63,690 nucleotides of DNA from Vermamoeba vermiformis. Taxonomy: Eukaryota. Location of the stretch: contig JBEWZL010000145.1 in the NCBI GenBank assembly GCA_045837725.1, positions 496,001 through 559,690 on the forward strand, in the 5' to 3' direction. The notes beneath the pieces were generated by a model. The model did no database searches and was not told the origin of the DNA. It saw only the letters and a list, made by a program, of their open reading frames with translations. Each line of letters opens with the position of its first letter. The stretch's first letter is position 1. The position numbers and the translations under genes were made by a program. This document shows, one piece after another, positions 37,062 through 49,996 of the stretch.

Positions 37062-40000
37062 ATGGAAGATAAAGCACCATATTCGTTGCCTCTTCAATAC
37101 CGTATTGCTCTTATCGGGCCAAACGGTAAGCTCGTGATAATCAACCCTATTTGTTAACGCGCTTAGGTGTGGGCAAAAGTAGCATCTGCTCTCAATTCGT
37201 GCACAACACCTTCGATGAAAATTATGAAACTACAGATACGTTAGATGAATACACTATTTGGGTAAATATAACTATTAAAGATTTTTTGGAATTTTGAAAC
37301 GAAATCTGGACGACGGTGGCCACTCTAATTAATTCACCAATTCAAAGGCCAATAAATTGTATAATTATGATCAAATTTCTAACGTTAATTTTTTAGTTCC
37401 GCGTTAAAAATCAGAATTACCTGTTAGGTAAGTCGCGTGTCTGTCAAATAAATAATTATTTACTAATTTATAAATGTAGAGATCGAAGACCTAGCTGGAT
37501 CGAACGAGTTTCGTGTAAGTTCTGTGTTAGGACAACTGTTGAGATTTTTAATTTCAAATAATATCGTTTTAGCATCGCCCGGCTGCCGACGCCTTTATTC
37601 TCGTTTATTCTATCGATAATTCGAACAGTTTTGATATAATCAGAAGACAAACTGCCAAGATAACCAAAGTGGCGAGGAATGCGGTAATCATTATTTTTGT
37701 GACTCGCTTGTCACTTTCCGCTAACGTCGTTTACCTTAGAAATTGGTCATTTTAGTTGGAAATAAGGCTGATACTAATAATAGACAAGTGAAATTTGAAG
37801 TAGCATCACAATTTGCTCGAAATAATGGGCTTTCGTTGATAGAAGTCTCTGCGACTAGTACGTTGTTCGAACGCACCCTTTTCGCAATTATTAACGTAAT
37901 TGTTCTTAGGTCGCGAATCAGTACGCAATCTTTTCGAATTCATTTTGCATAAGCTTCAAAGTAAGAATTTTTTGTCCGCTAGGATTGGGATCTAACCGGG
38001 TATTTAGTGCACCTCATTAAAACGACAATAATTTCCCCTATTCTGGACGGTCAATTGGAAGGCAAGAGCGAAAAGAGCCAATTAATTGCCAAACAATTAA
38101 AGCAAGATCAGTTGCGAAGAGCAATGAGCGATCTGTCGTGGTCTTTGGATCGCTCAGATTTTAGTGACATTGCCTTTATATTCACGAAAGAAAACAAAAA
38201 GTAATTCTTCACACGTAGTAATATCTATTACTGACACTATTGCAGGTTATTCGCCCATCGCTGCATTTTGTATGCACGATCTGACTCGTTCAGAGAACTC
38301 TTAGCAACAGAATGGAGTCAGCCGGAAATAATCATCGACGATGTTAAGTGTGAAATATTCCAAGCCATTATGAAGTTTGTGTACAGGTAAATGTATTTTC
38401 TAATCGAGGTTTACAATTACTGACCAGATCCTGATCTGCAGCGCTCAAGCGGACGCTGGTGATTTCAACGTGTCAGTATCTACGGCAAAAGAGATTATAG
38501 AAGTCGCCGAGAAGTTTAAGATCTACGATTTGAGTCATTTAGCCCGCCGCTATGTCATTACCAAAGCTGCAGTTGAGCGTACGTCGCCGGATCTATTTAA
38601 GTTTTTCCTAACACCAACGTGTTTAATTGTTTATATTAGGCATTACGTCTCTTCTCGAGAAACTATTTGAAGGACTTCGCAAGATTTCAGACTTTTTGGA
38701 TAAGGCCACAAATGACTACGTGTCGGTCTTAGCTTTCCTTCAAGAAAATATTCTGGAGGCACTCGACACGGCAGTTACGATCTGTTTCTCGTTTTTTAAG
38801 CAGTACAAGTTCTTCCCTGCTTTCCTCAAGACGGAGTTACTAGAGCACATATTCCAACATTTCCGAGGCTGGGCCACGTAAGTCTGGAAAGAATATTACA
38901 GCACTCATAGCTAATATCACGGTATTAGCACATTATCATCTGTTTTGACCAAGTTGTGGCCTTATTTTGAGAAGTTAACGAAGCCCGAGAGACTGGAACT
39001 CTGTGATCTCATTCGCGAGAGACTTTTGAAGATAACGCACGCGTTCCCTGATCTGCGCTCAAGGTAAATCCGTTGTTAATGACGCAAGCAAAGCTCACGT
39101 GCTGTGCAGATTGAAGGACAAGATGGAGCAAGTGTTCGAGTCCCGCCGTTTGCCAATGAACAAAAAGATTAAATCAGAACTGACTGAGTTCGTTGAGCTG
39201 TTGGGCGTTGTGCACGGCAAGCTAACAGACTACGACGGGTCACAAATGAAGCACAAAGTCAAGCACTTTTTGCATTCGTGGGACAAGACTGGCCGTAGCA
39301 TCACAAAGCTGCTCAACAAATATGACACAACAGAGCCATCGGAGATCGAGGGCGTGAAGAAGAGAATATTAGAAATGCTAGCACTAATGACGTCGAACGA
39401 AGTTCTCGGAATCGCACGCAACGTTGTGATGGAGTACCACGATGAGATTAAGAACGTTATGGACGTGTTTTTGAAACAAACACAGCTCCGTGCATCCCTG
39501 CAAGAGGTTCTCAATTTCTTCGTTGGAAAGTCTGGTGATGATACCAACGTGGAGAATATTGAAACATTGCTCAACGAGATGACATTTGACAACTTCAAGC
39601 CTCAGCGCATGAACGGTAATTTGATGGACGTGTTCGATCAAGACAAGTTCAGTGACTTGCAACTTCAATGGCAAGAGACCGCGGATGCTCAAATGATCAA
39701 CGCTCACAAAGTAATTCTTTCGAACTTTTCAGCAATCTTCAGAAGGTACGTCGAAAGCAGTTAGCCTACTTTCGAAGCAGAGTTTTAATTTTTTCACGCA
39801 GCATGTTTGTTGGCGGTTTCAAAGAAAGCAAAGAAAAAGTACTGCCAATATCTGACGTAGATTATCTTGCCATGCGTAGTTTAGTGCAATTCCTCTACAA
39901 CGGCGGTGATATCACTCCGCTGTTGTATCAAAAACACAACGCGAATGACACTACAAACCTCATACTTCAAGTGCTCATTGCAGCCAATCAGTATCAAATC

Positions 40001-42145
40001 GAACCGTTGAAAATGCAGTGCGAAGAGTACATCAAGTTGCAACTGTCGAAGATGGAAGTCGACGACATTTTGTCCCTGTATTCGATCGCTGACACGTACC
40101 AAGCCGAGATATTGAAGAAGGCGTGTCTCTCTTACACCGACAGACTTTTGTTCACAACGACGCCCTCGGCAACTTTCTTGAGCTTGCCTGCTGACGTGCA
40201 AAAGGCAGTTCTGGCCAGCAAGGCCCAATTTGAACGCGAGTTAGTGCATGCCAAAGTGTTCGTGGTCGGTGAGCGCGGTGTTGGCAAGACATCACTCATC
40301 AACAATTTCTTGGCCAATTTTCCCGCGGAAGAGTCATCACGTACGTTTGCACCATTATTTGTAACATATTTACTAACGCGCATTGTAGCGCCTAATCGCC
40401 GGTTTGTGGAGGCTCACGAGGGGTCTGCAGCCTACCTCGAAGTAGAGGAGATTTCATGCGAAACAGTTACTTCACAGTGGCTAGAAAACAACGTTTACGA
40501 CGCAAAAGGCGCGGTGGGTTTCCTGTTTGTGTTTGATTTGACCAGCAGAAAGTCATTGAAGAACGTGGTTGAACTCAAAAAGCGCGTGTTTGCACATTAC
40601 GAGCGACATCATATTATCGACACACCTGGTGGCAGTGTCGAAACACACAGTGTGCCGCTGTTTGGAGACGCCATTGGACTGCTCGTCGGCACCAAATGCG
40701 ACGTGGAAGATAAGGACGAGAAGTGGTTCGACTTTTCTCCTCCCTATTCGGATCCGCTTGGTTTAGGACCACCAACAAAGCTTGTTATTGAGCATGATGA
40801 CAATGAGAAGGAGTCAGAGTTGCGTCGATTTGGAATGCCCGAGCTGGTACACATTCAACATCAGTTGGATATTGGCTTCATCGAAGTTTCCACGGTCGTA
40901 GGCACCAATGTTCCATCGTGTTTCAAACGCGTAAGTTACTCGAACAAGTCATATTAAGCGCGCTTAACACTTGCATGTAGATGGCGCTCGCGTTTAAACA
41001 CATGACCAAGTCGTTCAATCCGACGCAAGATACCTTCGACTCGTTCTTGAACACGAAAGACAGTCAGACTATTTTGATATTGGGCAGTGAATCGATAGGC
41101 AAGTCGACTATTATAAAACAAGCGATGGTCGTTGCAGCTGGCAGCAAGAAGCCGAATTACAACAGATTTGAAGTGGTGCAGTCCATGAAGCGACAAGTAT
41201 ACGAGTACATTGAAGAGCTCGTGCACACTATTCGAACGAAGACTGAGTTACCCTCCCCGCCTGTGCACGACGTACGTACTCAATAGTATTCTATTCGAAG
41301 TTAGTCTAACGGTTGCTAGTTAATTGATTCCAACCCGACGTATTGGGGCAATGAAATTGTGGTTCTTTGGAACGACGCAACGGTGCAACACGTGCACGAG
41401 AATAGAAATCTGTATGGCATTTACCACTGCCCCTCAGCGTAAGAACTTCATTCGAAAATAGTCTACAACATTGTATTAACCTGCTTTTCAGTGCCTTGCA
41501 AAAGATCGATTTGATTCACAAATGGGACTATGTACCTACAGTGGACGACTTTATCTCCGCACACGTGTATAATTCTAAGAAGTCGTTTGAATCTCAAGTG
41601 CTCTATTTGAACAAGATATTCCGATTCGTCGATCTTCCTGGAAATTCGCTCGACCCAGTTCTCTTTGGAGACGCACGAAACTACTTCAATCAACTCGGCA
41701 TTGTAGTTTTTATGGTGTCACTTGCAGATTATGTGGAGCGCTGCGATGGTTATCCTTCGAAATTACACCGATCGCTTGCAATGTTAATCGAGCTGGCCAT
41801 GCAGGTACCACAAACAACGAGAAAGCTGTTCATCTATTTCAACAAGGTAGGCTAAAGAGACGATCCTCACATTTTAACATCGATATTTTGAAACAGCGTG
41901 ATGAGTTCGAACGATTGCTGCCAATAGTGAAGTTGAGCACCCTCCCTCAGTTCGATGGAATGGACGAGCGCTCACCTCAGGAACAACTTGAGTTCATTGT
42001 GGACCTCTTTTATACCGCCGCCAAGCAGCACGCAAAGTGTGACGTTTCTTACTTGTACGGATCTCTCCTCAGAACGGTCGATGCCACTCGTCTGTTAATT
42101 ACACTGACAACGTTCTTCGATGAGCCCGAGTCAGGCCATGCTTAG
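37062..42145 (+). CDS. Ras-like - BTB - helical - BTB - Ras-like - Galpha-like fusion protein
   Basis: IALIGPNG/VGKSS, LVGNKAD, EVSA; FSDIAF..AHRCIL; FSDLQL..AHKVIL..FRSMF..GFKES; VVGERGVGKTSL, LVGTKCD, EVST; LILGSESIGKSTIIKQ, YVPTVDD, FMVSLADY, FNKRD. The junctions checked splice in frame. Confidence 0.78.
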
Positions 42146-42173
42146 ATGTAATAAACTGGTCGTCCATTTGTCT

Positions 42174-44715
42174 TTATTCTAAAACTAACAAGATACACGA
42201 AGCAATAGTTATTGCGACAAACCAAAATGCAGCAGGTGAAGCAGTGCTGGTAACAGAGCCAGGGTTTGTAGAGCCAGCGGGTGTTTCAGGATTAGAAATG
42301 GCAAGTTGATTGCCGTCCCAAGTTCCTATTGTTTCGCCGATATTGAACGACCACGTGTTTCCATTGTGATTAAGCTGCGGTTCATTTCCCGTGCAGTCAG
42401 GATCCAACAACACAACAAATGTGACCGAAGTGAGATTCGTGTTGAGTTTGAACTGTCCGTGTGCTTGATTAGGCAAGTTCACTGGAACAGTGAACTGATC
42501 TGTTTGAGTGAAGGTGTAATCCGATGACGTGTACAGCATCTTGATGCACAACGATGCATTGCCGTCACTTGACTTGACAGTCGATGGCGAGACAACAGTG
42601 AAGTTGATGAATGCGTGCAGATTCCATTCGAAGCTTCGAGAAGAGTTGGCGTCGAATTGGTCGAAGATCACAAACTGATTGCTAGCCCGGAAGTAAACAA
42701 TGGAGCGAATGGCGCGTGTTAACTGAAGAGCTGGGTTTGTTACGCCATTGTTGTACGCTACCAAAGCATCTCCGGTGACGAAGTCAAACTCGTTTGAGTG
42801 GCCGAATTGAGTGATGTTGCCTGTTGCCGACAGCTGACCGATCATTTGCCCTACACCTCCGTCCATTGTCACACCACCACTCTTAGCTCGCGTCGTCCTC
42901 GTCCAGCCATTGTGATGTGCAGATCCATAGTAATCGTAGTAGCCACTGCTGATGAGCAACGCTTTGCCTTTGTGTGCAAATGTGAAGCACAACTGATCCG
43001 CATAGTTGTGATTGTATGAGCCGAATCTGCTTGAGCGGAAGAACAGCGACGTGCGTTGATTGTCGGAAAGAGAGCTGTGGAATGACGCCCAGCCAATCGG
43101 TGCCAAGTGAATAGCATTGGGATAGTTGCCTGGCAGCGGTTGAGGCGAGTTGAACTCGCGACTCCAAATAACATCGTTGTAGCGCGAGTCGACAACACCT
43201 TTGTAAGTGAGCGCGTTGCAGTACCAGTTATAAAGATCTTGATATTCCATGGTCGGAGATTCATCAAGAACTGGACTAACAACGTTGAGGCAGACCATAG
43301 GTTGATATGGTCGCATATCTGCCTGCCCACTGTCACCAAAGCCAAGACCGCCTGATGCCGCGCCTGGCGGTGAGAAGTAGATGAATTGCAAGGGCCACTC
43401 GCGCACCCACTGCTTCTGATACAGACTCACGCCTGTACTCCACTTCAAGAAGTTGAAGCGAGACGGTTCACTTGTAACGTCAAAGTAGTTGTAGCCCATG
43501 CCATTGCCGAAGCCTCCTTCGTGCTCACCCCAGGTGCTGTACATGTTTAAGAACATAGGAATGCTTGCTGCCCATGCGTCCGCTTCAGGAATCAGTCCAA
43601 GCACTGCCGCACTAGCACTGGCAATGAAGCCAAGAGTGTTGGCACCATGAGAGTCGTACGGTGCCGTCATTAATTGAGTGAGGAAACCTCCGTTCTGGTA
43701 CATTTGTTCGGTTCTGTTCTGGATGTTTGCCAAGATTCTATTGCGATCGGTTACGTTGAATTCGTTGTAGATCAAATCAAGGACTTGAGCCAGCGACAAT
43801 AAGATGGCTCTGTTTGCTTGATCTTGTGAGGCATAGCTTGTTGCTCCTGCTGGGTCCGCGTCCAAAAGTGCATATGTTCTTCGCTTGAGCTCATTGACGT
43901 AGATTGTGTTTGAAGAGTTGTACCAAAGAGCGTAGATGCAGTTCGAGATGTAAAGGACTTGCGGGCTCGTGAAGTCATTCATAACGCTCGATAGGTATGC
44001 GGCCCATTCAGGAGAGCCAAAAGGAAAGTCACTGGCAGTCTTGTTCGGTGCAACAGGAAGTGTAGCTCCGAGCTTTCTGTCCAGGTACGGAATTACCTGG
44101 GTGTTCACTACCTTGACGAATGATTGACCAGAGGATGAAGCCAAGAAAGCTGTCTTCGCATCACCCTTCATCAACAATCGTGGACGAGCAGAGTTCTTCG
44201 TCGTCGTGATAACGTCAGTTGGCACGACAAATGTTGTGGCATCAGATGTGACGAAGAACGAGCGCAGATCACTGTCAGTCGACGTGCCCTTGACAGAGTC
44301 CACCAAAGTCACTCTCCAAAAGTAGTGCGTGTCCACGGGTAAGGCAAGCGGCACGTTGTAAAAGCAGTTCGTTGTGGTGAAACTCCAGTCAGGTTGACGA
44401 TCGGCTGCTGAGTTGGCCCAGATCGACAATTTGAACGATTTGCCACTGCCAAGGAATCCTTGAGCGGTCCACCAAAATGAGGGCGGATTAGATTTAACGA
44501 TGGCACCATCTGGCGGAACGATCCGAACGTAAACCAAGTCATGATTCGTTAACAAATCTAACAATTGACATTAGCCCGGGTAAATAATTATCAATGAATA
44601 GAGGTGCAATCTTTTGAAAAGATTCGTTAATTATTTGTATAAATTAAATACCTCCGTGAACATAATTCGATGCGATGGCCAGAATAATCGCAATAAAACA
44701 CAACGGCAGTCTCAT
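42174..44715 (-). CDS. Secreted, GPI-type DUF4962 + heparinase II/III-like polysaccharide lyase (PL15 oligo-alginate lyase-like)
   Basis: Signal exon MRLPLCFIAIILAIASNYVHG, one intron, then NPPSFWW, PRLL, PYDSHG, FGDS, IGWASFHS, FRSSRFGSYNHNYADQ..F, SGYYDYYGSAHH..W, EWNLHA; S/T linker and hydrophobic C-terminal tail. Confidence 0.85.
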
Positions 44716-46308
44716 TGCGTACAGTTGTCAGCTTCTCCTCTCTATATCCGAGAAAAATTAGTCAAAATTACCCGGTTTATACTCTAGTAAAGGTATAACT
44801 TACGGTTTATTGTTAAGGTGGCAGTTTGAGTGATTCTTCACCTGTTGTATCACCTTAAAAAAGTACTTTGGACTGCACATTCGTCTCATTCGAGATTTTA
44901 TAGTATGACGCGAAATTTCTCTAGCTGTAACTTCGAAGGTAATCCTGATTTGACGCTGTGTGAATAAGTTTCTGGATTTGAATCACTTCATAACCCTTGT
45001 AAGTCGTTGCGGTTTACTGTTAGGATTCCGTTTATCTATAATTACAAGAGCGCAAGTTAAAAGGATCACTAAGAATTATTTTATTCCTAAGATCACAATC
45101 CGAATCTACTCTGGCGTCGGTTTTTTTTAAACCAAATCCGGTAAAAATGATTATATTATAATTATATACCACTGGAAAGACCGAATACAATTTAGTAAAA
45201 TTATTTTTACGCTACAGAGAATTTTAACTTACTATTGCTAGAGAAATCCTGCGCGCTCAAATAGTATCGTTCTCGTCAACCATTTCGAATACATATCTAC
45301 CATAAAGACACTTGCGGCCACTTGCGGCCACTTGTTAAATATTTCGAAAGAAATAATAATCTTTTTGATCAACCGATCGTCACGAACACCACAACCACAA
45401 ACGCATGCCGTGCGCCTATTTAATTTCGTTAAAATAATAACACGCAAATACTGTAGTTCTATGCTATGCGACGGTTGGAAATTACGCGCCGAAACGCATT
45501 CCAGATGCATTAAATCATAGTACGTCGAACCAATGCGCTTAAGTATGTACGTAATATTGACAAAATATGTACATACTTTTATAATAGTTATTGATGAACA
45601 AACGTGCTAACCAAGTACTAAATAGGGCACGCCCAACATAACACGTACCCAATTATTGTAGGATACGTATCGTTAACGCTGAAATGGTGAAGGACCGACG
45701 TGGCCACTAATTGCAGGTAATCCTCTGCCAAAGTTATTTATTCAGCGGCTGAATCTATTTTAAAGAATACTAAAGCCGGTTTTTTTTTCAAACAGCACGC
45801 GTGCCGTCATTAATAGTTGACGAAATGATGACACACCCTTCGGCTCCGTGCTGTCCCGGGACTCCAAATGCGGAATTTATTGGAGATATTCTGTCGCGTG
45901 ACTGAGAATGCTTGCTTTTTTGACTCGTAAGCTAGCAAATACCTCAGTATTCGAGTAAGTACCTTATTATGGACCTTTGCATGTAATGACTGTATTATTT
46001 GCGTAAAGCAGCGTAAACTTGTTGAATGGGCACTCTCTGTCGCGACCGGTCAACGAGAAATTTCACAAAAGCATGCCATTGTTGGACGTCGCGTGCTATT
46101 CTTTAACTAATAAGGTTAATTCACACGTGTTTAACCTTATTCACACGTGTTTTCAATTCCTAATGTGACAATACTCGCACGAGTCCTTGCAAAAGTCAAT
46201 TCCAATTATGGACCCGGCTCGGACATAAAAAGTAAGAAAGCCTCCGTCATTAGTATCTTTCTCTTCCATATTCAACGCAACAAGTCAACTCGATCTGCCA
46301 TTGCGTAC

Positions 46309-48411
46309 ATGATGAATCGAAGATTTTTCGTTGCTTTCTTACTTGCCATTATTGCCGCATCTGCTATCGCCAGAGATATCGGTCGTGTGAAAGTCATTCA
46401 CGCTTACCCTGCAGGACAAGTTACGGTCGATATCTACATTCTTCAGAACGGTTTTGTCGCCAAGTCATTAATGAGCGTGCCTTACAAGGTAAGTAAATTT
46501 GTCCGATCTGATCTTCAAAAAGGAGCATTTTCTAATATTTTCTAGGCTGCCAGCGATTGGTTCTACTTACCTTACGGAGACTACACTGTGGAAATTAGAG
46601 CTGCTGGCCAGACTGACGCAATCTTAACCACCCCCGTTACAGTGGAGAGTTATTCTACTGTTATTTTCGCTCAGGACAACAATGGCAATGGCCAATTGAC
46701 TCTTTCGGCCTTTAGCGACAACATTGACTCCATTGCCGATGGAAAATCTCACGTCACCATTGCTCATCGCGCCGTTGATGTTTCTAACGTCGACGTTGGT
46801 GCTGGTGACTCGACGAACAACCTTGCTGTAGACTTGGCTTATGGCAGTCAAGCTGGCCCTGTTGAAGTCGATGCTGGTACCGTCAGTGCTGGCGTTCGAT
46901 TAACTGGTGATACTGGTGCCCCCGTTATCACTCTGTCTGCTACTTTGGAAGCTCGCAAACACTATCTCGTCGTTGCCGTTGGTGATTCTAGTGGTAATCC
47001 CGCACTGACTCTTCTCGCCTTCGAATTGGCCGACTACTCCATTAGCGCTCGTTTAGCTTTTGTTCACGGTGTTCCTGCAGCGGATCTCCCCGTCAGTGTT
47101 AACGCTAATGATCAACTTGCTCTCTTCCGAAACGTCAAGTAAGTAATCGATTATTTCCGAGCAATATTGTGTCAATACTTATAATTAAATTGCAGCTACA
47201 AGAACATCACCGACTACAAGAACATTCCCGTCGGTACCCACACCATCAACGTCGTGGCTGGAGGCAATGTTGCTCTCTCCGTTACTGCTTTCTTCAATGG
47301 ATTTACTGAATCGACGTTGTACGCTACATTTAATGGTGAAGGCCCAGCTGGCATTCTCCTTCTTGACAACAATGAAGCTCCTGCTAGCGGCAAAACTCAC
47401 TTGAGAGTCTTGCACGGTGCTGGCGCTGCCCCCTCAGTGGACGTTCTCTCTGGCACCACTGCCGTCATTTCCAACATCACCTACGGCTTCGCTTCTGCAT
47501 ATTTGGCTCTTGATGCTGGTTCTTATTCACTTTCCGTTAATGCTGCCGGCTCGTCCACATCCGTATTCCAAGTAAGCTTGACCCTCGCTGCCGGACCCAT
47601 CATCACCGTTCTCGCGACCGGAGATCCCGCTGCAAGTGGTGCCACAGCCTTCACTCTTGTTGTCGTCACCGATGCTACCTATGGCTCTGGCGGCAACTTG
47701 CGTGCTGTCCATGCTGTCGCTGGTGGTCCTAACGTCAACATCAAGGCCAACGGCAATCAAATCTTGTCCAACGTACCTTATCAGGCCGTATCAGGCTATT
47801 TGCCTATTGATGCTGGCTTGTACGCAGTTAGCGTTCACGCTGCTTCGGATGATGCCGAAATTTTCCGCAACCCTATCCGAGTTGATGCTGCTGGATATTT
47901 TACTGCTATCGCTGGTGGCGTGCAGGATCTTGCTCTCTTCCAATTACGAGACGACAACACTCGCCCCGCTGCTACCACGGCTCATCTCCGCGTTGTACAC
48001 GCCTCTGCTGGTTCGCCTGAAGTCAACATCGAATTCGGTGGAAGTATTGTTGGTTCTCTCGTCTACACTGAAGCCTTTGGTTACGTTCCTGTTCCCGCTG
48101 GTTCTTACGTCGCTCGCGTTCTCGCCAAGTCTAACAACGCTCAAGTTTTCAATGGTTCGTTGTCCTTGGAAGCCGACACCGTTGTCTCCGTGTTTGCCGT
48201 TGGTATTGTTGGTGACAGCACTAATGGCTTCACTGTTGTTCCTGCCATCGACTTCGATTACCGAACTCCTGCTGCCGAGCCGACAGCTGCTGCTCCTTCG
48301 TCGACCCCTACCGGAACTCCTACCAGAACTCCCACTCCCACTCGCACTTCGTCAGCAAGTTACGTTGGTGTCTCTAGTATTGCCATGTTGGCCTTGGCTG
48401 CTTTGTTTTAA
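46309..48411 (+). CDS. Secreted, GPI-type surface protein made of tandem DUF4397 (AlgF-like) repeats
   Basis: Signal peptide; repeats VKVIHAYPAGQVTVDI, LRVLHGAGAAPSVDV, LRAVHAVAGGPNVNI, LRVVHASAGSPEVNI, each followed by Y...S.Y..(L/V).AG.Y; PT-rich linker and hydrophobic tail; two introns. Confidence 0.85.
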
Positions 48412-48785
48412 ACGAAAATAAACATTAGTTTCGGTTAGCCTTTGACAACACGAGTCCTGCACTCCGAAATTAGCAATAACGCACTGTTAAAGAGAAAAAT
48501 TCGATTAAATGCGCTCTGGTAGCGCAGGATTGAATATTGATCGGACAACAGGACCACAACAATATTTAAATCGAATGCTAACATTGATCAAATTCAACGC
48601 AAATACTCTCAAGTAATTAATCAATACACCGTCATTTTGGTTTTACCATTAATGAAAAAATTGAATTAAATTTTTGAATCAGATCGAGCGTTTTAAAAAA
48701 AATCGGCCGAATTAGGATTTATATTATAACAATAATCCTTCTAGGTAATTTGACTATTGGATAATACGCTGCACGAGTCAAAGCG

Positions 48786-49910
48786 ATGTCCTTCGCGAAA
48801 AAATATCTGGAATATTGCCAAGCGACACAACGACGCTGGATGCTTTACGGTATGGAATTTAACAATTCAATATTCAACATTAATACTGTAATCCATTTAT
48901 TATTAAATTGTGACTGAATATTTCGGCTAGATTACATCACGTTGCCCTTGCTCGAGGACGTCACAACGCTAATTGCCCAAAGCTCGGTCGTCAACGATAT
49001 TCTCTTTTGTCAGCGTAAGTCAGACAAATCCGCTTAACCTGTTTTGACTAACTCAATTTGTGGACAGCTTCGCCAATGCCGACTGTACACAGCAATTCTT
49101 TAGCCGTTGCTTTGGCGACGAACAGTTCTCTCACCGCGCTTGAAATCCGAGGTAATTACGCGCTATCCGTTTGCAAACAATAACTGTCATTTAGATGTCC
49201 TACATAATGTTGATTGCAATATGCAGCCGGTATTTGACGTGTTGGCAACGAAAAGTCAACTCCGTGCCTTACATCGTAAGTTAATATACATTTAAATCCT
49301 TGTTCATCATTTCTTTTATTAGTTTCGAGCATCGATAACTCGCTCACGGGAGAATTATTTCCGTTGGTAGTGCGAATATGTCGCAATTGTAGCACGCTAA
49401 CCGAATTAACATTGGAAGATAACTTCACCGAGCATCAGTATCTTCAGTTATTTGAGGCTTTGAATGGACAGGATAGACTCACAAGATTGAGAATCGGTAT
49501 GCTCACATTTTCGGCCCTATTAAACACAGCGACTAACGGCAGTTAAGGCGATATTGATTCGTGGTCGCAAAACACTCTTTCAGTCTTTGCGCGGTTTCTC
49601 AACGAGAATAAGAACATCACAAGCTACCATGCACACGTTGGTAAGCATATTATATATTAACAAAAAAATTCCTGTATTTCGCTTGCTGGCCACTGTCGTG
49701 CAACATACTGTGGTGTTCGTGAAGCGAGTTGTTGCTCGTCTTGGCTGGTTTGCTCAGAGGTTCATCGCTGGATGTACTAAATAATATCTTTCATCACTAA
49801 TAAATATGTTGTAGCACGTGACACCGTTGAATTCCTTGCAACACTGACAGATGTGAGCGTTATCGGTATGTTCGAGTTTCGTTAAAAGTAAATTTTAACG
49901 TTTGATGTAG
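48786..49910 (+). CDS. RI-like leucine-rich-repeat exons that splice in frame into the downstream F-box ORF
   Basis: LAVALATNSSLTALEI, LATKSQLRALHL, CRNCSTLTELTL, LNGQDRLTRLRI, FLNENKNITS; all introns are phase 1. Confidence 0.7.
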
Positions 49911-49996
49911 GATATACCTCCAATCAGAATGTTGACAGTAGCATTGTTGCTGTAGCTCATTTTGATAGCCGTACACCATACACCCATGAGCCAAAC

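Noticed and set aside
47636-48421. 261-aa alternative-frame ORF overlapping the DUF4397 gene
   Set aside because: The Leu/Ser-rich shadow frame results from strong codon bias in the real gene.
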